This document shows, one piece after another, positions 1 to 8,642 of a DNA stretch of 32,000 nucleotides. Within the stretch, counting starts at the first letter, position 1. Each line of letters opens with the position of its first letter. This DNA comes from Promethearchaeum syntrophicum (GTDB taxonomy: Archaea > Asgardarchaeota > Lokiarchaeia > Sigyniarchaeales > Promethearchaeaceae). A program made the translations under genes and the position numbers. The notes below the pieces were generated by a model. That model saw nothing but the letters and a program-made list of their open reading frames with translations. It did no database searches and was not told the origin of the DNA. The stretch covers positions 300,001-332,000 of the forward strand of contig NZ_CP042905.2 in NCBI RefSeq assembly GCF_008000775.2, written 5' to 3'.

Positions 1-71
1 GCAATCTCCAATAAGGCTGGAGCGGGTTTACCCCCCTCTAGAACTCGTTGAATATAATCTTCTTGAGTCAT
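1..71 (-). CDS. hypothetical protein, 5' end only (continues off the left edge); paralog of the ORF at 100..1413
   Basis: ATG at 71 on the minus strand, with GAGGTGA 4 nt upstream. The translated fragment MTQEDYIQRVLEGGKPAPALLEI aligns with the N-terminus MEEYLKQVLAGVAKPDPTILKI of the adjacent upstream gene. Confidence 0.5.
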   Translation of the reverse strand, partial: MTQEDYIQRVLEGGKPAPALLEI

Positions 72-99
72 AATTTCACCTCAATCAATAATTAGGATT

Positions 100-1413
100 T
101 TATCTTGATAATTTGCTCATCTCAAACATTGTTTTCATAATTCCAGAGCCAGATGATTTTAAAAATTCCCAAAATCCTTTTTTCACTCGTTTACTCATAG
201 AGGAAGTATATACAAAAGAAATTTTTCCTTCTTTTGGTCCTATAACAGGTATCCAACGATAATTTTCATTAATCCAATTTCCATCTCTGGTTAACCCAAA
301 AGCAGCCATTATGTTTTCACTTATTTTCTGATTTATCTCCCACTCATTAGCTTTTTTGAATAATATTCTGGCAAGTAATGCAAAATTGAAACCATCCCGA
401 TTTTGTCCATTTCGACTCATTTCCGCGTATCCTTTCCACCAAGCTTTCATAAATACGTCGTATTCTCCAATGGTTAGTGTAGGAAAATCAAAATCTTTCG
501 ATTTACTCATTTCTAAATATACTTTTTTGATTTTAGGATTATCTACAACAATTATAGTAGTTGTCCGGTGTTTTTTATTTCCAAATTGTTTATCTCGGTT
601 TGCTATAAATTCAAAAAGTATTTTTGGATTTTTTTCTTTGGAGAATAAAAACTCTAAGATTCTTGTAAAACCGCCGTCTCGAAATTCAAGGATTTGAGAC
701 GTAATTGGGGATGGATCGTTTTCCTCAAGATCTGGTATCTTTAACCATCCTTTCATTATCCAAAAGAGTAAAATATGAAAGCAATCATCATTAAGTTGCT
801 GGATTTCTCTTTGGTTATTTAAATTTTTGAGATTAAAGCATTCATTTGCCATTTTAGTTCCACTAGTATTGAGAAGTTGAAAAAATCGTTTCATAAGGGG
901 ATCATTCCTTGAAATTGGACCGACTCCATTAGCATGAGTAAGTCCAGATTCTTTTGAAAAAAACTGAACCATGGTTAAATCCATGTATGATTGAATCATT
1001 TTGAGAGTTTTTTGATCTGCTTTAGCTCCCATAAGGTATTGTTTTAAGTAATTACCACTTAAATACGAATCTCCTTTCGTTTTTATCAAGGGTTTCCCGT
1101 AAGCCGGTAATGGTTCGATCCATCTACGTGCATACCAATATGGAATCAAATATTTTACATCTTCAAAAATTTTTTTATGCCTCACTCGAATAACGTCTAT
1201 TTGGAGTAATGCAAGAGTCACTTCAAGGGCAGCCATATGCCCCATCAAATAAATGGCATCACAAATGTTTTTTATGGGGTGTTTCTCCCCCATTATAATT
1301 GGTTCTCCTCCCAAAGGGAGATCAAGTTTATTAATTTCATCTTGAGCAATCTTCAATATGGTTGGGTCGGGCTTAGCTACCCCTGCTAAAACTTGTTTAA
1401 GATATTCTTCCAT
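100..1413 (-). CDS. hypothetical protein (437 aa), no family recognised
   Basis: Long uninterrupted ORF in AT-rich DNA. GGAGGAGAAAG lies just upstream of the ATG. A tandem paralog follows downstream. No motif I can name. Confidence 0.75.
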   Translation of the reverse strand: MEEYLKQVLAGVAKPDPTILKIAQDEINKLDLPLGGEPIIMGEKHPIKNICDAIYLMGHMAALEVTLALLQIDVIRVRHKKIFEDVKYLIPYWYARRWIEPLPAYGKPLIKTKGDSYLSGNYLKQYLMGAKADQKTLKMIQSYMDLTMVQFFSKESGLTHANGVGPISRNDPLMKRFFQLLNTSGTKMANECFNLKNLNNQREIQQLNDDCFHILLFWIMKGWLKIPDLEENDPSPITSQILEFRDGGFTRILEFLFSKEKNPKILFEFIANRDKQFGNKKHRTTTIIVVDNPKIKKVYLEMSKSKDFDFPTLTIGEYDVFMKAWWKGYAEMSRNGQNRDGFNFALLARILFKKANEWEINQKISENIMAAFGLTRDGNWINENYRWIPVIGPKEGKISFVYTSSMSKRVKKGFWEFLKSSGSGIMKTMFEMSKLSR

Positions 1414-1532
1414 TAGACTTTCTCCTCCAAATTCTTTAACTTATGGATTGAAATATTAGATTGAGCAAAAATTACCCCAACTAGAGCAATAAACGCTAAT
1501 ATCATTATATGATTTTGTTTTTTGTTTTTCAT
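1413..1532 (-). CDS. candidate 39-aa micro-protein with one hydrophobic helix (MKNKKQNHIMILAFIALVGVIFAQSNISIHKLKNLEEKV)
   Basis: Hand translation. Its TAA overlaps the ATG of the 437-aa gene by 1 nt (GTCTAATG). It has a basic N-terminus followed by a hydrophobic stretch. It is below the ORF-track length cutoff. Confidence 0.25.
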   Translation of the reverse strand: MKNKKQNHIMILAFIALVGVIFAQSNISIHKLKNLEEKV

Positions 1533-1714
1533 TTTTGATCACTTTTGTATTTTTGTTAAAAAAATATCTGTTAAACTTCTATAAAAAAATTTAGAAATTT
1601 TGACTTTCATTTTTTTTCTGGTGTTTTTGAATTCCTTAACTATTCCGATATTAAATAGATTCATCATTTGTTTTGAGTTACGACCTTTTTTTCATTTGAC
1701 ATAGTAATTTCTCC

Positions 1715-2683
1715 ATGAAAAATAAGGTTGAAATCAGTAAAAACAAAAAACAAAAAATAATAAAAAGTGAAAAAAATATGGGTTTATTTTACGATATACT
1801 ACTTTTACAATTCTTCGGATTGATAACGGTGAAAATATGCAATTTTGTCAAAGATCGGTTCGATCTAATCGATCAAATTTGTGATATTTTCTTAAAAACT
1901 GGTATTTATATTCGGGAATTGTGTCATTTTGCAGTATCCAAACTCTTGTTGGTTCCGATAGACTGGTCTGATTTAAATTTTAATAACAAGAAAGGGCGGA
2001 GAAATATTGATTTTGACTTAACGCCTGAATATGTTGAACGTTTAAGTTTCCTTAAGGAGTTTTTAATAGTAACCGCTCCGATATGGATAGGAACGTATTT
2101 AACTTATAAACTGTCCGATTGGTATCGAATTGCTGATGGGATGATATTTAGAATCTTAATTATTATTGGATTCATAATTATTCTCTGTTTTATAAGACCT
2201 ACATTAGCGGATTATGGGGGGATTTTTACAGCTATCATGGAAAAACCCTTCCACTTCTTAAAACAGTTAATTTTCTTGGGGGCCTCATACCTAATCTACA
2301 TTTATAATTATGATTATTTTTACAATAAACTTCCGCATTATCATTATCTATTTGATTTTGTGCTATTGCTTAGTTTAGAGGGGATCTTGGAATTAATAAT
2401 GATTACAATAGGTTTCATTATTAGGAAATTAGGTTCCCTAAGCAACAATGACTTAATTATGTCAAGGCGAGTTTCCCGGATGGTTAGAAGAGATTCAATC
2501 AATGAAATGTTTCCGAGCCGAAGAAGACGAAAAAAGGAAAAAGCACAAATGGATTATTTAAGATCCAGATTTGACCGTCTACCTGATGATGATGAGACTG
2601 TCGCAGAAGAATTTGCGGAGGCGATGATTCAGAATAATAAAATGATGATAGATCTCAAGAATAACGGGATCGATAGCGAATAA
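1715..2683 (+). CDS. hypothetical multi-pass membrane protein with a basic/acidic C-terminal tail
   Basis: 322-aa ORF with about 5 hydrophobic segments (e.g. MIFRILIIIGFIIILCFI, LELIMITIGFII). The tail is Arg/Lys-rich (SRRRRKKEKAQ) and then acidic. The gene is followed by a T12 tract. The start could instead be the internal ATG at MGLFYD. Confidence 0.65.
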   Translation: MKNKVEISKNKKQKIIKSEKNMGLFYDILLLQFFGLITVKICNFVKDRFDLIDQICDIFLKTGIYIRELCHFAVSKLLLVPIDWSDLNFNNKKGRRNIDFDLTPEYVERLSFLKEFLIVTAPIWIGTYLTYKLSDWYRIADGMIFRILIIIGFIIILCFIRPTLADYGGIFTAIMEKPFHFLKQLIFLGASYLIYIYNYDYFYNKLPHYHYLFDFVLLLSLEGILELIMITIGFIIRKLGSLSNNDLIMSRRVSRMVRRDSINEMFPSRRRRKKEKAQMDYLRSRFDRLPDDDETVAEEFAEAMIQNNKMMIDLKNNGIDSE

Positions 2684-2692
2684 AATAAGGAC

Positions 2693-2712
2693 TTTTTTTT
2701 TTTTGCTTTTTT
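2693..2712 (+). terminator. oligo-T tract (T12-GC-T6) downstream of the 1715..2683 stop
   Basis: The T runs are seen directly 10 nt after the TAA. Archaeal transcription termination commonly uses oligo-T. Confidence 0.45.
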
Positions 2713-2761
2713 ATATTTTTTGAAATTCCGTTTTTATAAATAACCTCCCAAATGATCCTGT

Positions 2762-2941
2762 ATGAGATATTCTTCGAGGGGTCCAATATTATTTGTTGGT
2801 GTCTGTGTTGGTCTTTTTATTGCTTATCAGGCTTTAAAAGATCCAATTGAATCATTAATCCATTCAGTTTCTCGGGTGGGATCTACAAATTTTTTGATTG
2901 GATTAGCGGTCATCTTGCTTATATTGATTGGAAGAAGATAA
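2762..2941 (+). CDS. candidate 59-aa two-helix membrane micro-protein
   Basis: Hand translation: MRYSSRGPILFVGVCVGLFIAYQALKDPIESLIHSVSRVGSTNFLIGLAVILLILIGRR. Two hydrophobic segments and locally higher GC. One residue below the ORF-track cutoff. Confidence 0.3.
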   Translation: MRYSSRGPILFVGVCVGLFIAYQALKDPIESLIHSVSRVGSTNFLIGLAVILLILIGRR

Positions 2942-3128
2942 AAAGGTTCAGAATTTGTTGTAGTAAAATAATTCAAGAGATTTTTACGAACTTTCCAGTG
3001 GATTTAGGAAAAAAAGAATTTGGTTTTGACAATTTTATATATTAGTTTTTTATAAAAAATAAATTTCATTATTTTAATACTTCAAGAAACACTCAATTTT
3101 TATTGGTATACAATAATATAATAAATAT

Positions 3129-3917
3129 ATGGCGACAATTTTAAAAAAAAAGAAAGGACATTCAATTAAAATCCCAACTGGTACGAAGGAATGGGCTGAT
3201 TCAAATGTTAATATTTGTAGTGGGTGTAAAAATAATTGTCGCTATTGTTATGCGAAGAAAATGGCGATAAGATTTGGAAGAAAGACCGAAGCTAATTGGA
3301 AAGACATGGAATTGAACCATAAATTAATAAAAAAAAAATATAGCAAAAGATCCGGTCGTATAATGTTTCCAAGCAGTCATGATATTACTTCTGAAATTTT
3401 GGATGCAAGCATGATTGTTTTAGAAAAACTATTATTTGCGGAAAACGAAATTTTAATTACCTCCAAACCAGAATTTGTTTGTATAAGAAGAATTTGTGAT
3501 GCATTTTTACCGTTCCAGAACAAGGTCCAATTTAGGTTTACGATTGGTTCAATGAATAATAAGACGCTAAAATTTTGGGAACCTAACGCACCAATTTTTG
3601 AGGAACGATTAAAATCAATGAAGTATGCATTCGATAAAGGATATAAAACTAGTGTTTCGATTGAACCGTTTTTGGATTTTGATCCTGTTCCATTGGTAAA
3701 AATCTTGGATCCGCATATAACCGAAAGTATTTGGATTGGAAAAATGAATTATATTGCCCGAAATGGTTTAACTAAGCAAGAAGAAAAACACTATGAAGAA
3801 GTTAGAAAGAATTACACAATGGAAAATATTCTCAATATTTATATTGAGTTAAAAGATCATCCAAAGATTCAGTGGAAAGATAGCGTAAAAAAAATGCTAA
3901 ATTTATATTCAAAATAA
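3129..3917 (+). CDS. three-Cys-motif radical-SAM-like protein (Gp37/Gp68 / COG1533 SplB-like superfamily)
   Basis: The N-terminus TKEWADSNVNICSGCKNNCRYCYAKKMAIRFG contains CX3CX2C followed by YA. It resembles the 'IEWTD..WNPvtGC...C..CYAe+MA' start of phage Gp37/Gp68 proteins. Later segments RIMFPSSHDITSE and ILITSKPEF match the core strands of that fold. Confidence 0.65.
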   Translation: MATILKKKKGHSIKIPTGTKEWADSNVNICSGCKNNCRYCYAKKMAIRFGRKTEANWKDMELNHKLIKKKYSKRSGRIMFPSSHDITSEILDASMIVLEKLLFAENEILITSKPEFVCIRRICDAFLPFQNKVQFRFTIGSMNNKTLKFWEPNAPIFEERLKSMKYAFDKGYKTSVSIEPFLDFDPVPLVKILDPHITESIWIGKMNYIARNGLTKQEEKHYEEVRKNYTMENILNIYIELKDHPKIQWKDSVKKMLNLYSK

Positions 3918-4913
3918 TGTTCTTTGCCGTTGATTAACAATTTCCCACATTTGTTTAACATGTCGCCCATCAAAATCTTTAAATCGTTCATCACGATACT
4001 TTTCTATCAAACTTAACCAAGGAGCATTTGAGCTCATATTACGAACACAAAATAGTAGAGTATAATAAAAACCGATATCTCCTGCTTTGATTTGTAAGGA
4101 TTCAATATTTTCCATCCCAATTTTTTTTAATTGATTTATGTATGAATTCATCCATTTTGTTGGAGGAACCTGTGTCATTTTTCGGCCAAAAAAAGGGTCT
4201 ACTTTTGATGAATCTCTATGCCTCTGAATGGAATAATTTGGATAGTTAATAATTATATCACCAAATTCTCCTTTACAATATTGTCCTTCCCAAGATCGTA
4301 ATTTACTAATTGTTTTATATGGTATATCCATCCCTTCATTATCAATTAGGGCTAAATAATGAGTTTGGTGTCCATATTCTTTCATATCTTCTACTATTTT
4401 ATCAATAAAATCATTAGAATTTACAAAATCATCACTATCATCAACCATAATTTCATAAGACGAATAACCATTTTCGATTACCTTGGATTGAATTTTTTCT
4501 AGCCATAATTTTAAATATTGTCTTTTTTCAGGATCTCCATCATTAGAATAAATTTTATCAAATCCCGAATTTTCCCCCTCTAAACTTTTTGCTGCTGCCA
4601 ATATGGATGATCCAGCAAAATTAAAAGTGTGTCCATGATTATCTGATAATTTTATCATTCCACTTGAACTTAATAGATCTATGAAGCAAATTCGACAATG
4701 AGGTAATTTTCTCCTGATAATTTTCAAATAAATACTCATATACCTCATTATAACGATCTCCTTAATTGTCATCCACCAACCTCTTCCAGGATCTCGATCA
4801 TAACAAGACCCTTCTGGGCATTTTTCAATAATTTTTTTTATATTGCTTGAAGTTTTTTTTAAATATTTCAACCAACTCAGGTGAAAATCAAAATTTGATT
4901 GCTTTTTTGCCAT
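3909..4913 (-). CDS. tcmP: TcmP-like three-Cys-motif partner protein (methyltransferase-like fold), tentative
   Basis: The segment GWWMTIKEIVIMRYMSIYLKIIRR...CFIDLLSSSGM resembles the TcmP signature 'W...K...L..YL..y..I.......yiDlFAGpG'. It lies next to a three-Cys protein, which is the context that defines the family. The Gly-rich loop is degenerate (SSSG). Confidence 0.5.
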   Translation of the reverse strand: MAKKQSNFDFHLSWLKYLKKTSSNIKKIIEKCPEGSCYDRDPGRGWWMTIKEIVIMRYMSIYLKIIRRKLPHCRICFIDLLSSSGMIKLSDNHGHTFNFAGSSILAAAKSLEGENSGFDKIYSNDGDPEKRQYLKLWLEKIQSKVIENGYSSYEIMVDDSDDFVNSNDFIDKIVEDMKEYGHQTHYLALIDNEGMDIPYKTISKLRSWEGQYCKGEFGDIIINYPNYSIQRHRDSSKVDPFFGRKMTQVPPTKWMNSYINQLKKIGMENIESLQIKAGDIGFYYTLLFCVRNMSSNAPWLSLIEKYRDERFKDFDGRHVKQMWEIVNQRQRTLF

Positions 4914-5161
4914 TTTTTTGTCCTTTTCAGTGTAAGATTAAATTCCAATTTGAATTTATTATCATCCTTATTTATTATTATTCTCTTACTAATTCAAAAT
5001 TAGAAAGTTAGATTTCAGATTCATTAAAACTTAGATGTTGTTTACTAGACTAATTTATTATTAATATAAAAAGAAATATACTTTTTTTTATGATTATACA
5101 GTGGTTCCTTGAAAAACAACATTTTTTTTGCCATTAATGATATCATTGAAAGTGAGTACAT

Positions 5162-5647
5162 ATGTGGTTTCTATCAACAGAATCAGTCGGAATTTTTTGG
5201 GATTATGAAAATGTGCCATTACGGCATCAAGATTACAAGAGTTTTTTAACCGGTTTAACAAATTATATCAATGCTAATAATGTTGAGTATTTTAAAGTAT
5301 ATTACCAGGCTAAATCCCCTATTTCAGATTCAGATTTTGAGTTATTAAAAAATATCCCTCAAATTCAATTTAAGAAAACTCTTCAAGATGGACCTAATGC
5401 CGCTGACAATAGTTTAATCCAATCTTGTCTGGATGTTTTGAATAATAATGAAGACATTAACCATGTCATTTTAATATCGGGAGATGCCGATTTCTTAACA
5501 TTGATAGACCAATTACATGATTGGGGGGTCAAAATAACGATAATTTGTCAACAGCATAACTACAGTGATGATTTGATCACGGAGAGTCAAAAAGCATACA
5601 CTGTGAGGCATATTTCAACAAATCCTTATAATTGGTGGATAAACTAG
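5162..5647 (+). CDS. NYN domain (LabA/limkain-b1-type, PIN-like nuclease fold) protein
   Basis: VGIFWDYENVP, DGPNAADNSLI and VILISGDADFLTLIDQLHDWGVKITII match the three conserved acidic motifs of PF01936. Confidence 0.8.
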   Translation: MWFLSTESVGIFWDYENVPLRHQDYKSFLTGLTNYINANNVEYFKVYYQAKSPISDSDFELLKNIPQIQFKKTLQDGPNAADNSLIQSCLDVLNNNEDINHVILISGDADFLTLIDQLHDWGVKITIICQQHNYSDDLITESQKAYTVRHISTNPYNWWIN

Positions 5648-5806
5648 ATTTCTTTTTTAAATATTATAATAGTGAAGTAATTATAAAGAAGATGAACTTA
5701 AAGCAAATAATATCCCAATTTTCAGAGGTTTCCAAAGAAAAAAGTGAGCTTTTATAAAAATTGTATTTTTCATTAAATATCTACAAATATAATAAGTGGT
5801 GAGAAA

Positions 5807-6622
5807 ATGAATATTCAACAATATCATGGAATTCCATTAGAAATAGAAGAATGCGAATTTTTAACGAGTTTAGAAGAAATCCTCCATAAAAAAATACCAT
5901 TAGTTGAGAAAATTCGCTTTCAAACTTTTGGTTTCATTGTTAAAGATTTTCAAATAATAAAACTTAGTATATTTGGATGTCATCTCTCATATATTCCAGA
6001 ATCGATTGGAAATTTGAAGAAAGTTAAAGTATTATATTTGAGTGAAAATCATTTGAATCAATTACCTTCATCTTTCCAAAAACTTGAAATGTTAGAAGAA
6101 TTATATTTGGATTAAAATAAATTTGAAGTTATTCCCAATTGTGTTAAAGCGCTTAATAAATTGCATAAATTAGTTTTCACTTTCAATCTTTTAACTGAAT
6201 TACCTGATTTTATCGGAAATTTAATAGAACTAAGAATTTTAGATTTAGAGTGGAATAATTTAACCTCCATTCCTGATTCGATTGGAAAATTGAATAATTT
6301 AATAGATTTTAGGTTATTTGAAAATGAAATATCTTTTTTGCCTGAAACCTTTGGAAACTTAACTGCCCTTAAATATTTAAGTCTTGATATTTCAGAGTTA
6401 AGTTCGTTTCCAAAATCATTTAGAAATTTAAAAAATCTAGAGTGGCGTCATTTAAATCCAAATTATTCGCAGATAATAAGATATATTAAAACGCTGAAAA
6501 CAGTTTTGGAAGATATGGAAAGTAAAGGTTTAAAGATTATTTATCTTTGGAATGATGAATGGGTAGATGTTGATTATATTCGCAGAACAGTTCTTTATCG
6601 TGAGAATAAGGGTAGGTTTTAA
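5807..6622 (+). pseudogene. leucine-rich-repeat protein interrupted by a single in-frame TAA (6113..6115); pseudogene or read-through candidate
   Basis: The track ORFs 5807..6115 and 6161..6622 are in the same frame. The 45 nt between them encode NKFEVIPNCVKALNK, which continues the 23-residue LxxLxxLxLxxNxLxxLP repeat exactly. GGTGA lies 6 nt upstream of the ATG at 5807. The gene ends in a tandem TAATAA. Confidence 0.75.
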
Positions 6623-6874
6623 TAATTTCCTCTAAAATTCAATTATGCTTATCAAAGGTTCAACTTAATTGATACTTAGGAAAGAAAACGAATTTAAAAA
6701 TTAGCAACAAAATTTCAAATATAATTCATGCTGTTTTAATTGATAAATACCTGATTTAATACAATTCACCAATTGAAAATTAATTATTTTGAAGAGCGAT
6801 AAAATTGTGTTATAGATTTATAAAGATAATCTAATAAATTTGGGTAAAAATTTTTAATCCATGATTTGTGACTA

Positions 6875-7522
6875 ATGTATATCTTGACAAATAATCCTAC
6901 CGGTGAGATTGAACCGAAAGAAATTATCCGATATTTGGTGTGTCAGCAATTTTATTATGGGGACGATAAAATATTTGGTCGAACGAAAGATCTTTTTGAA
7001 TATGTGCCACAATCGGGGCAAGTAATCGATGCTTTTATTAATATAATTTCTAAATTTATTCATTTTATTGACACTGAGGAATATCGAAAATTTTTGGATA
7101 CTTTTAATTCTGAAATACATTCCATTCCAATTGAGTCCCTTTATAATAAATTTTTGAAAAATCTTGAAGAATTGGGCGAATTTAGGAATCAGGTTCTGAT
7201 TATCAGCGAGATTTTAGGAAAATCTCTTGCTATTATCCATAAAACTTGTTTTGATGAAGTGGTTGTTGAATTATATTCCTATATCAGAACAAAAAATCAC
7301 TTACACTCGAGTTCGGAACCGATTTCTGAGGAGGAATTTCAAAATAAATTAAAATATTTCTATGCTCGCGGTGATAGTAATATTGGATTAATATATAGTT
7401 TAAGTTTTTTACGGTTTCTTGCCCAAAAAATCAAAAATACGGATGTCATAACTCGAACTGAAGAATCTCTAATCAAATATTATGAAATAATGAATGAAAA
7501 AATCAAAGAAGTGTTAGTTTAA
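6875..7522 (+). CDS. hypothetical protein (215 aa)
   Basis: Uninterrupted ORF with helical-looking composition. No motif recognised. Confidence 0.6.
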   Translation: MYILTNNPTGEIEPKEIIRYLVCQQFYYGDDKIFGRTKDLFEYVPQSGQVIDAFINIISKFIHFIDTEEYRKFLDTFNSEIHSIPIESLYNKFLKNLEELGEFRNQVLIISEILGKSLAIIHKTCFDEVVVELYSYIRTKNHLHSSSEPISEEEFQNKLKYFYARGDSNIGLIYSLSFLRFLAQKIKNTDVITRTEESLIKYYEIMNEKIKEVLV

Positions 7523-7603
7523 CACCTACTCTCAATATGAAAATTAGAAAATTTCTACATTTTTTTAGAATAGAACTGAATTTAATGATTGGTTGAGTGT
7601 TTC

Positions 7604-7621
7604 AAAAAAAAAAATTTTTTT
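7604..7621. terminator. A11T7 palindromic tract; possible bidirectional oligo-T terminator between convergent genes
   Basis: The run of 11 A then 7 T is seen directly. It reads as an oligo-T tract on both strands and lies between the 3' ends of 6875..7522 (+) and 7707..8567 (-). Confidence 0.4.
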
Positions 7622-7706
7622 AGTGAGGATTCGGATTTAACTCCGTTAATGGGAAGATTATTGCAACATTGGCGTAAAGTAATCAAAGTCGAGCCCAAGC
7701 ATTAGA

Positions 7707-8567
7707 TTAAGACTCATCATCTTCGCAGAAGTTTTCGCCATCTCCATACAAAAAGAAATCCCGCATCAATTTGGCATCAGGAACCATCGAATACCGCTGT
7801 AAATTACAAATTCCATTTTGCATAAGCACTTCATCATCGATGAAGAAATTACCCGTAACTTCCTTGCTGTCTTGAGTAAGAATGAAATAGGCTGCGTCTG
7901 CAACAATTTCAGGTTTTCGGGATTGTTTCATCATTTTTTCTCCTCCCAAAATGTTTTTTATAGCTGCAGTAGCGATTGACGTTCTCGGCCATAATGCATT
8001 AACCGCAATTCCATCTCGTTTCAATTCTGCGGATAGCCCTAGTACGCATTCACTCATGCCATATTTCGACATAGTATAGGCTAAATTATTTTGAAACCAG
8101 CGTGCATCCAAATTTAATGGGGGAGAAAGCATCAAGATGTGAGGATTGGGAGCTTTTTTTAAGTAGGGGATTGCTTTTTGAGAGGTCATGAACGTTCCTC
8201 GAACATTGACATCAAACATAAGATCAAAACGCTTCATTGGCGTTAGTAGAGTAGGAGTAAGGGTGATCGCTGATGCGTTATTGATTAAAATGTCGATTCC
8301 ACCAAATTCTTCAACGGTCTTGGAAATAGCTCTCACAACTTGATCTTCAAATCGGATATCCGTTATAATAGGAATAGCCTCTCCTCCAGCCGATTGAATT
8401 TCTTCAACGGCAGTATATACTGTACCTTCTAATTTTGGGTGGGGGTGTGCTGTTTTTCCTATGACCGCGATTTTAGCCCCATCTTGGGCAGCTCGTAAAG
8501 CTATAGCTTTCCCTATTCCTCGGGAACTGCCGGTTATAAAAAGAACTTTGTTTTTAAGAGAACTCAT
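7707..8567 (-). CDS. short-chain dehydrogenase/reductase, HSDL2-like subfamily
   Basis: TGSSRGIGKAIAL is a TGxxxGIG Rossmann motif. Other matches are KTAHPHPKLEGTVYTA, ILINNASAI, the YTMSKYG catalytic YxxxK, and NALWPRT. The overall order matches the SDR domain of hydroxysteroid dehydrogenase-like protein 2 as I recall it. Confidence 0.9.
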   Translation of the reverse strand: MSSLKNKVLFITGSSRGIGKAIALRAAQDGAKIAVIGKTAHPHPKLEGTVYTAVEEIQSAGGEAIPIITDIRFEDQVVRAISKTVEEFGGIDILINNASAITLTPTLLTPMKRFDLMFDVNVRGTFMTSQKAIPYLKKAPNPHILMLSPPLNLDARWFQNNLAYTMSKYGMSECVLGLSAELKRDGIAVNALWPRTSIATAAIKNILGGEKMMKQSRKPEIVADAAYFILTQDSKEVTGNFFIDDEVLMQNGICNLQRYSMVPDAKLMRDFFLYGDGENFCEDDES

Positions 8568-8642
8568 ACAATTATCATCCTTATAATGCTATAGACCTTA
8601 TGTTTATATAAGAATTTAACTTATGATTTTAAGGGAAAAAAA

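Noticed and set aside
356-697. Track ORFs lying antisense inside longer genes: 356..697, 6872..7120, 8805..9026, 9640..9882, 9768..10034, 9996..10223, 11201..11473, 13381..13566, 28176..28400 and 28402..28635.
   Set aside because: Each is fully or largely embedded in, or out of frame with, a longer ORF that has recognisable family motifs. Their translations are low-complexity or Cys/Phe/Ser-rich nonsense typical of shadow frames. None has an SD-like motif.
1539-1667. 42-codon minus-strand ORF upstream of the 39-codon micro-ORF.
   Set aside because: It is highly basic with low-complexity composition in AT-rich intergenic DNA, so it could easily arise by chance. It is mentioned only in the finding about the left-edge operon and is not annotated as a feature.
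3040-3128. Archaeal BRE/TATA promoter calls upstream of individual genes, for example the TTTATATAT/TTTTATT stretches before 3129, 5162, 12128 and 26047.
   Set aside because: In DNA this AT-rich, TATA-like octamers occur almost everywhere. Without TSS data, any specific call would be unsupported.
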